Source: Roseiarcus sp. (GTDB lineage Bacteria; Pseudomonadota; Alphaproteobacteria; Rhizobiales; Beijerinckiaceae). Taken from it: DNA of 64,000 nucleotides. Positions 58,652 through 64,000 of this stretch are shown one piece after another. The stretch lies in the NCBI GenBank assembly GCA_049513815.1, contig JBEKVR010000005.1:1313-65312 (forward strand), read 5' to 3'. A model generated the notes under the pieces. That model did not search any database, was not told the DNA's origin, and worked only from the letters and a program-made list of their open reading frames with translations. Positions within the stretch are counted from its first letter, which is position 1, and every line of letters begins with the position of its first letter. Both the position numbers and the translations under genes were made by a program.

Positions 58652-60676
58652 TCAGGCGTAGTGCTTTTCCTCGACGATCGCGGAGTTGCAGCGGCGATTG
58701 ATCTCGCGCTTGATCGCCGCGCGGCGATCGTTGGCGACGTAGACGGCGCGCGCCAGCGTCACGAACCGCTCGCCGAAATCGCCCGCCTTGTCGCACAGGC
58801 GGATCTCATCCTCGACGTCCCACAGCTCTTCGTTGACCGCGGCGAGCTCGGATTCGAGTGGCGACAACTTGTCGCGGTCGATCCCCGTCTCGTCGAGCTT
58901 CGCCATGAGCAGCGCAAGCTCGCGGCGCACGTTGACGAGCTTGTCGGGGTCGGCGATCCGCCGCGTCTTGATCTTCAAGATGGCGATCTTATCGATCAGC
59001 TCGCCGACCGCGCCGGGGATGTCGATCGCTCGCCCTGCGCCGCCTGACGCGACGAGCGCCTTGAGCTGACCCGCCATCGCGGCGAACACGTCGCTCCAGT
59101 CGCCGCGCCGAGTCTGACGGAACAGGCGCAAGGTGGGATACCACGGCGAATCGTCGCGGTCGCGCAACCAGCGCCATTCGGCGTCCTGCTTCAGCGCCAC
59201 CCAGGTCGGGCGCGCCAGCGCGCCGGCGAGATGGGCGACCGAGGTGTCGCAGGTCACGACAAGATCGAGCGCCGCCATCGCCGCGGCCGTGTCGACGAAA
59301 CCGTCGGACCCGACATCGAAGTCGTCGCCGAGCGTCTCGACTCGCATGCCGGCCGGCAGATCGGCGAGCTGCTCGACGCCGTAACCAACCTGCAGCGAGA
59401 TCAGCCTGACGCCGGCGATCGCGGCGACCGGCGCGAAAGCGGCGAGCGGAACCGAGCGCGCCATGTCGACCTCGGGATTGGGATTGCCTTGCCAAACGAC
59501 GCCAATCTTGAAGCCCTCGGCGCCGATGCGCGCCGCCCACTTGCGCGCGCGTTCGGGTTCGGCGGCGAGATAGGGGACAGAGGCCGGCACATTGTCGAGC
59601 CGGGTGGCGAAGGCGCGCGGCAGGCTGCTGACGGCGATCTGGGCGTCGAAGCGTTCGCCCGTCGGCCGTTCGGCAATGAGGCGGATCCCGGCGAACGACG
59701 ACATCAGCCGGTGCAGACGCGGCGGACACAGGAACGTCGGCTCGGCGCCCGCGGCCGTCATCAGTGGCAGGTAGCGGCAGAACTGGATCGTGTCGCCAAA
59801 GCCGTGGTCGTTCATCACCAGCACGCGCTCGCCGGCGCGGCCGGGACCGCGCCAGGTGGGAAAATGCGCGCCGAGGGCGTCGGCCAGCGACTTGCCGTCG
59901 AGCCAGCGCGCCTCGTAACCCTCCCAGCCGCGCTCGAAATCGCCAAGCATGAGATCGATACAGCCGCGGCCGCTGATCGCCTCGCGATTGCCGAGAGCGA
60001 TCGCCGAATCGAAGGCGGCGCTCGCATCCTTTAGGCGGCCGAGCGCTTCCAGCGCCAACGCCTGGCCGTTGAACGCCGCGCCATAACCCGGCTGCGCCTC
60101 GCTCGCGGCCTCGTAAGCCGCGAGCGCCTCGTCGGCGCGATCGAGCTTAAGCAGCGCTGTGCCGAGGTTGAGCGCAGCCTCGGCGAACCGCGGCTTGAGA
60201 CGCAACGCCTCGCGCGTCGCCGCGGCGGATTCCTCGAGCCGTCCGAGCTTGCGCAAGGCGCCGGCGCGGCTGTTCCACAGATCGGCGTCTTTGGGCTTCA
60301 GCCCCAGCGCGGCGTCGAAGGAATCGAGCGCCTCGGCGTAGCGCCCGTCCTCGAATAGGAGCTTGCCGACGTTCGACCAGGCGACGGGCAGGTCGACCTT
60401 GAAGCCGAGGGCGCGGCGATAGAATTCGAATGCAGCTTCGCGCTTGCCCGAATCGGCGAGGACGTAGCCGCCCATGCACAATGCCTCAGGGAAATCGGGG
60501 TTGCGGCGCAACGCCGCATCGAGGGTGGCGATCGCCTCCTGTCGCCGGCCGCTGGTCCACAATGCCACCCCGCGCGCGTAGAGCGTTTCGAGGCCACCCT
60601 CCTCGACTTGCGGGGCCAGCGCCGGCGCAAGCGCGCCCGCCACGGAGATGGCGCTTGCCTGCGATCTCTGGGTCAC
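58652..60676 (-). CDS. TPR-repeat glycosyltransferase (GT9-like) fused to a C-terminal DUF6165-like domain
   Basis: Multiple TPRs; GWEGYEARW, DHGFGDTIQFCRY, IGVVWQGNP, LDLVVTCDTSVAHLAGAL, SPWYPTLRLFRQ; tail GELIDKIAILKIK...VNEELWDVED.IR...ND.RAAIKREIN...IVEEKHY. Confidence 0.85.
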   Translation of the reverse strand: MTQRSQASAISVAGALAPALAPQVEEGGLETLYARGVALWTSGRRQEAIATLDAALRRNPDFPEALCMGGYVLADSGKREAAFEFYRRALGFKVDLPVAWSNVGKLLFEDGRYAEALDSFDAALGLKPKDADLWNSRAGALRKLGRLEESAAATREALRLKPRFAEAALNLGTALLKLDRADEALAAYEAASEAQPGYGAAFNGQALALEALGRLKDASAAFDSAIALGNREAISGRGCIDLMLGDFERGWEGYEARWLDGKSLADALGAHFPTWRGPGRAGERVLVMNDHGFGDTIQFCRYLPLMTAAGAEPTFLCPPRLHRLMSSFAGIRLIAERPTGERFDAQIAVSSLPRAFATRLDNVPASVPYLAAEPERARKWAARIGAEGFKIGVVWQGNPNPEVDMARSVPLAAFAPVAAIAGVRLISLQVGYGVEQLADLPAGMRVETLGDDFDVGSDGFVDTAAAMAALDLVVTCDTSVAHLAGALARPTWVALKQDAEWRWLRDRDDSPWYPTLRLFRQTRRGDWSDVFAAMAGQLKALVASGGAGRAIDIPGAVGELIDKIAILKIKTRRIADPDKLVNVRRELALLMAKLDETGIDRDKLSPLESELAAVNEELWDVEDEIRLCDKAGDFGERFVTLARAVYVANDRRAAIKREINRRCNSAIVEEKHYA

Positions 60677-60739
60677 GTCGAACGAGTCCGCGCCGCCGCG
60701 GCCTGTCCGCGCCGGATTCGGCCGAACTAAGCGCGCGAC

Positions 60740-60755
60740 GCTTGCCTGAAACTGG
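60740..60755 (-). promoter_or_regulatory. Conserved flagellar promoter box upstream of the TPR glycosyltransferase
   Basis: CCAGTTTCAGGCAAGC, ~64 bp before GTG. Confidence 0.55.
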
Positions 60756-60761
60756 TCCCGC

Positions 60762-61652
60762 TCAACCGCCGAGCGACAGGTTCTGAAGACTGGTCAGCAG
60801 GGCGCTGGAAAACAGCTCGGCGGTTGACGATCCGCCGTAGCTGCTGTTGCCGCTGATGATGCCGCTCATGATCGACGTCGCGGCGTTGAGGTTGCTCGAC
60901 GTCGTCGTGCCGCCTGAATTGGCGGTCAGCGGCGACGAAGCATTGGCGCCGCCCGGGCCGTAAAGCAGCGTGTACTGAGCGGTGAAGCGGGCGGTGAGCT
61001 GCTTGACCTTGGTCGCGTCGGTCAGATCCGACATCGGCATCAGCTTCGAGATAATCGAGGCGTTGGTGTCGATGTTGCCGTAAGTGTTGATCGTCACCCC
61101 GAAGATGGTCTGAAACGCCTCGAGCAGGTTCTTGTCGCCAAGCACGCTGTAGGCCGACTTGATCGTCGGCGCGACGCGCTGGAAATACAGCGCGAGCTGG
61201 ACGCCGACGTCCTGCTTGCCCTGCTGGGATTCGAGCGTCTGCTCGGTGTAGGCCGATTCCGTGGTCGAGGCCGCTGCCGAGATCGTTTTTGAGGTCGCGC
61301 TCGCTCCGCTGGTCAGATAGCTGAAGGCCGTGGCGAACTTCGCCCAGTTGGCGTTGGCGAGTTTGTTGGCGAGCGCCTTGTAGTTGGTGGTGCCATCTGC
61401 GTTGGTCACCCCACCTTGCAGCACCTTGGTCACCAGCGCCTTGTTATTGACCTGGTCGCCAAGGCCGTAGGCGGTCAGCGCGTAGGACAGCAGGCGGTAA
61501 TTGCCGACCAGGTCGCTGATCGATTTCACCTTGCCGATGTTGGCGGCGTAATACGCGGTCGCCGTCTTCACCGACGGCTCGCTGCCGACCATCTTCTGGT
61601 AGCGCGCCAGATTGTTTTCGATCGACAGATATGTCGATGTGGTCGTGGACAA
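60762..61652 (-). CDS. DUF1217 family flagellar-cluster protein
   Basis: YYAANIGKVKSISDLV.NYRLLSYALTAYGL, Y.EQTLE.QQG.QD.GVQLALYFQR, YSVLGD; probable TTG start 61652. Confidence 0.8.
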   Translation of the reverse strand: MSTTTSTYLSIENNLARYQKMVGSEPSVKTATAYYAANIGKVKSISDLVGNYRLLSYALTAYGLGDQVNNKALVTKVLQGGVTNADGTTNYKALANKLANANWAKFATAFSYLTSGASATSKTISAAASTTESAYTEQTLESQQGKQDVGVQLALYFQRVAPTIKSAYSVLGDKNLLEAFQTIFGVTINTYGNIDTNASIISKLMPMSDLTDATKVKQLTARFTAQYTLLYGPGGANASSPLTANSGGTTTSSNLNAATSIMSGIISGNSSYGGSSTAELFSSALLTSLQNLSLGG

Positions 61653-62403
61653 AGTGTCGCCCCGTCGCCCCAATCGGCGCGCGCCCGCGCCGCCGCGCGT
61701 TGAGACGCGGCGCCGCCTCGACCATGGTTGGCGCGAATTGGTTACGAAAACGTAAACGGCGCCAGTTTGCGCCGGAGGGGGGCAGGCCAACAAGGTGCTC
61801 GAGGGCGCCTTGGCCGCCGAAATCCCGTTTCATGCCGCGGCCTGCGGCTGACCGCCGACTCAACGAAGCTTGCTGAGCCGTTTTCAACGTCAAGCGGGAC
61901 TGTCTCGGAGCAAGACTTCCTGAACCATTATTACGATTTGGAGATGTTCAAGTCGGAGCGCGCGAACGATCGCTCGCCGTGACGGCGCTGTTTTCACCAC
62001 AAATTAACATCTGTCGCGATAAGGATGATTCGTATTGCGACCGGCGGCTCGGATGCGGTCGCGCCCTTCAGACTTTCGCACGGCCGGGCGCGACGAATTC
62101 GGCGGTTGGTTTCGCAGTACGCGCCGCGAGAATTGGATGCGTGAGACGCCATCCAACAGCATGATGCTCTTCTGGCGGATCGACTCGTTCGAGTCATGTC
62201 CCCGTAAACGCGGATTGGGTTCTCGCCGAAGCGATTGACACGCCAACTTCATTTCAGGTCCGTCCGGCTGACTTCCTGTCGTCCCGCCGCGATGCGGTGA
62301 ACGAGGCGGGGAGGCGCGCCAGGGCGCGGCCGTGGAGCCGGTGGTCGACGCTCGTCTCGCGGGTGGCCGAGCGCGCTCCTCGGACCAGTTGGTTGCGCCG
62401 CCC

Positions 62404-64000
62404 ATGACCTCGATTATCACATCCCTCTCCGCCGGCCAGATCACCAGTCTTTCGACCGCCACCGTCGCCTCGCTGAGAACCAGCGACATAGCCGCGCTGA
62501 GCACGAAACAAGTCGCAGCGCTCACTTCAACGCAGTTGGCGGCGCTCAGCACGGACGACGTAGCCGCGTTCACCGTGCCGCAAATCAATGCTTTGACCCT
62601 TGCGGCGATCGTCGGCCTTTCCTCGACCCAGACATCGCGCCTGACCACGACGGAAATCGCGGGTCTGACGACGACCGAGATCGCAGCGTTGACAACGGCG
62701 CAGATCGGCGCGCTGACGACGAGCCAGGCGGTGGCGCTCGCGATGGCGGAGATCACGGCGCTGACCACGACGCAGGTCGCCGCGCTGAACACGAGCGACG
62801 TCGCCGCGCTGTTGACTGGTGAGATCGCTGCGCTCGGCACGAAGGGCGTCACCGCGCTCGTCACCGCCCAGATCGACGCGCTCACGACCACAGAGGTTGC
62901 GGCCCTGACGACAAGCGAAGTCTCAGCGTTGCGTACGGCCCAGATCGCCGCACTGACGACCGATCAGGCCGCAGCCCTCTCGACGTCGCAAACCGCGTCG
63001 TTGACGACGGCGCAGATCGTCGCGCTGACGACCCGGCAGATTGCTGCGCTGACGACCGGCCAAGCCGCGGCCCTTTCGACGTCGCAGATCGCGTCGTTGA
63101 CGACGATGCAGGTCGCCGCGCTGACCACCGGCGATGTTGCGGCGCTGTCGACCAGCCAAACCGCGGCGTTCGGATCGAAGGACGTCCCGGCGCTCTCCGC
63201 CATCCAACTCGGCGCGCTCTCGACTGGCGATGTCGCGGCCTTGACGACGAGCGCGGTCGTCGCGCTGAAGACCAGTCAGATCGCCGCGCTGACGACCGAC
63301 CAGGCGGCGGCGCTGATGACGACCCAGATCGCAGCTTTGACCTCGACGCAGGTCTCGGCGTTGTCGACGAGCAATGTCGCCGCGCTTTCGACGGGTCAGA
63401 TCGCCGCGTTGAGCAACGCAGCGTTTTCATCGCTGAAAGCAGGTCAGATCGCCGCGCTGACAACTGACCAAGCTGCGGCGCTTTCAACATCGCAGATCGG
63501 GGCGTTGACGACGACGCAGGTCGCCGCGCTGACCACCGCTGACGTTGCGGCGCTGTCGACCAGCCAGCTCGTGGCGTTCGGATCGAAGGATGTTCCGGCG
63601 CTCTCCGCCATCCAGATCGGCGCGTTCTCGACAAGCGATATCGCAGCCTTGACGACAAGCGCGATCGCGGCGCTGACGACAAGCGAAATCACCGTACTGA
63701 CGACCGACCAAGCGGCGGCGCTGACGACGGCCCAGATCGCAGCCTTGACTTCGACGCAGGTCTCGACGTTCCCGACGAGCAATGTCGCAGCGCTTTCGAC
63801 GGGTCAAATCGCCGCGCTGAGCACGAAGGCGTTGACGTCTTTGACGGGGCGGCAGATCGACGCGTTGACGACCGGGCAAGCCGCGGCGCTTTCGACGTTG
63901 CAAATTGCGTCGTTGACGACGACACAGGTCGCCGCGCTGACAACCGACGAAGTTGCGGCGCTATCGACCGGCCAGATCGCCGCGTTGGGATCGAAAGGCG
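62404..64000 (+). CDS. Very large Thr/Ala/Leu-rich octapeptide-repeat protein (partial, >530 aa, runs off the window)
   Basis: Open frame from ATG 62404: MTSIITSLSAGQITSLSTATVASLRTSDIAALSTKQVAALTSTQLAAL...; consensus L[TS]TxQ[IV]AA; absent from the ORF track because no stop lies in the window. Confidence 0.9.
   Translation, partial: MTSIITSLSAGQITSLSTATVASLRTSDIAALSTKQVAALTSTQLAALSTDDVAAFTVPQINALTLAAIVGLSSTQTSRLTTTEIAGLTTTEIAALTTAQIGALTTSQAVALAMAEITALTTTQVAALNTSDVAALLTGEIAALGTKGVTALVTAQIDALTTTEVAALTTSEVSALRTAQIAALTTDQAAALSTSQTASLTTAQIVALTTRQIAALTTGQAAALSTSQIASLTTMQVAALTTGDVAALSTSQTAAFGSKDVPALSAIQLGALSTGDVAALTTSAVVALKTSQIAALTTDQAAALMTTQIAALTSTQVSALSTSNVAALSTGQIAALSNAAFSSLKAGQIAALTTDQAAALSTSQIGALTTTQVAALTTADVAALSTSQLVAFGSKDVPALSAIQIGAFSTSDIAALTTSAIAALTTSEITVLTTDQAAALTTAQIAALTSTQVSTFPTSNVAALSTGQIAALSTKALTSLTGRQIDALTTGQAAALSTLQIASLTTTQVAALTTDEVAALSTGQIAALGSKG

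Noticed and set aside
61868-61883. Flagellar promoter box for the DUF1217 gene
   Set aside because: Only the GCAAGC half matches and it is >200 bp from the start
62404-64000. Ice nucleation protein (also 8-residue periodic)
   Set aside because: Lacks the AGYGSTxT repeats; composition is Leu/Ile/Ala/Thr/Gln

Overview
High-GC alphaproteobacterial (Hyphomicrobiales-type, by gene content and repeat families; inference) chromosomal window. 1-12.7 kb is housekeeping: yejABEF peptide ABC transporter, nudC, rph, DUF3775, rpsO, pnp, two MaoC dehydratases, ychF. 12.8-18.7 kb is an accessory, partly decaying patch: CMD relic, AT-rich stretch, frameshifted GT-C glycosyltransferase, DUF1203, dead HicB, MerR-CMD, methyltransferase. 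18.7-61.7 kb is a rhizobial-type (Rem/FtcR/LafR) flagellar supercluster, followed by a very large octapeptide-repeat protein that runs off the window and is absent from the ORF track. Top observations: (1) a ~3.4 kb islet inside the flagellar cluster carrying a two-gene operon (polymorphic-toxin-like protein with an FNPYHDEDGRFT motif plus a stand-alone ClpX-type C4 zinc-finger protein) whose sigma70 promoter has an alphaproteobacterial LexA box in its spacer; (2) a 16-bp motif upstream of nine flagellar-cluster genes, including a TPR-glycosyltransferase-DUF6165 fusion; (3) the octapeptide-repeat protein with an exact 408-bp higher-order period; (4) two palindromic repeats inside the yej operon that each read as a stop/start-coupled bridging mini-ORF. 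All assignments are by eye from the sequence and recalled family motifs; no database search was run.
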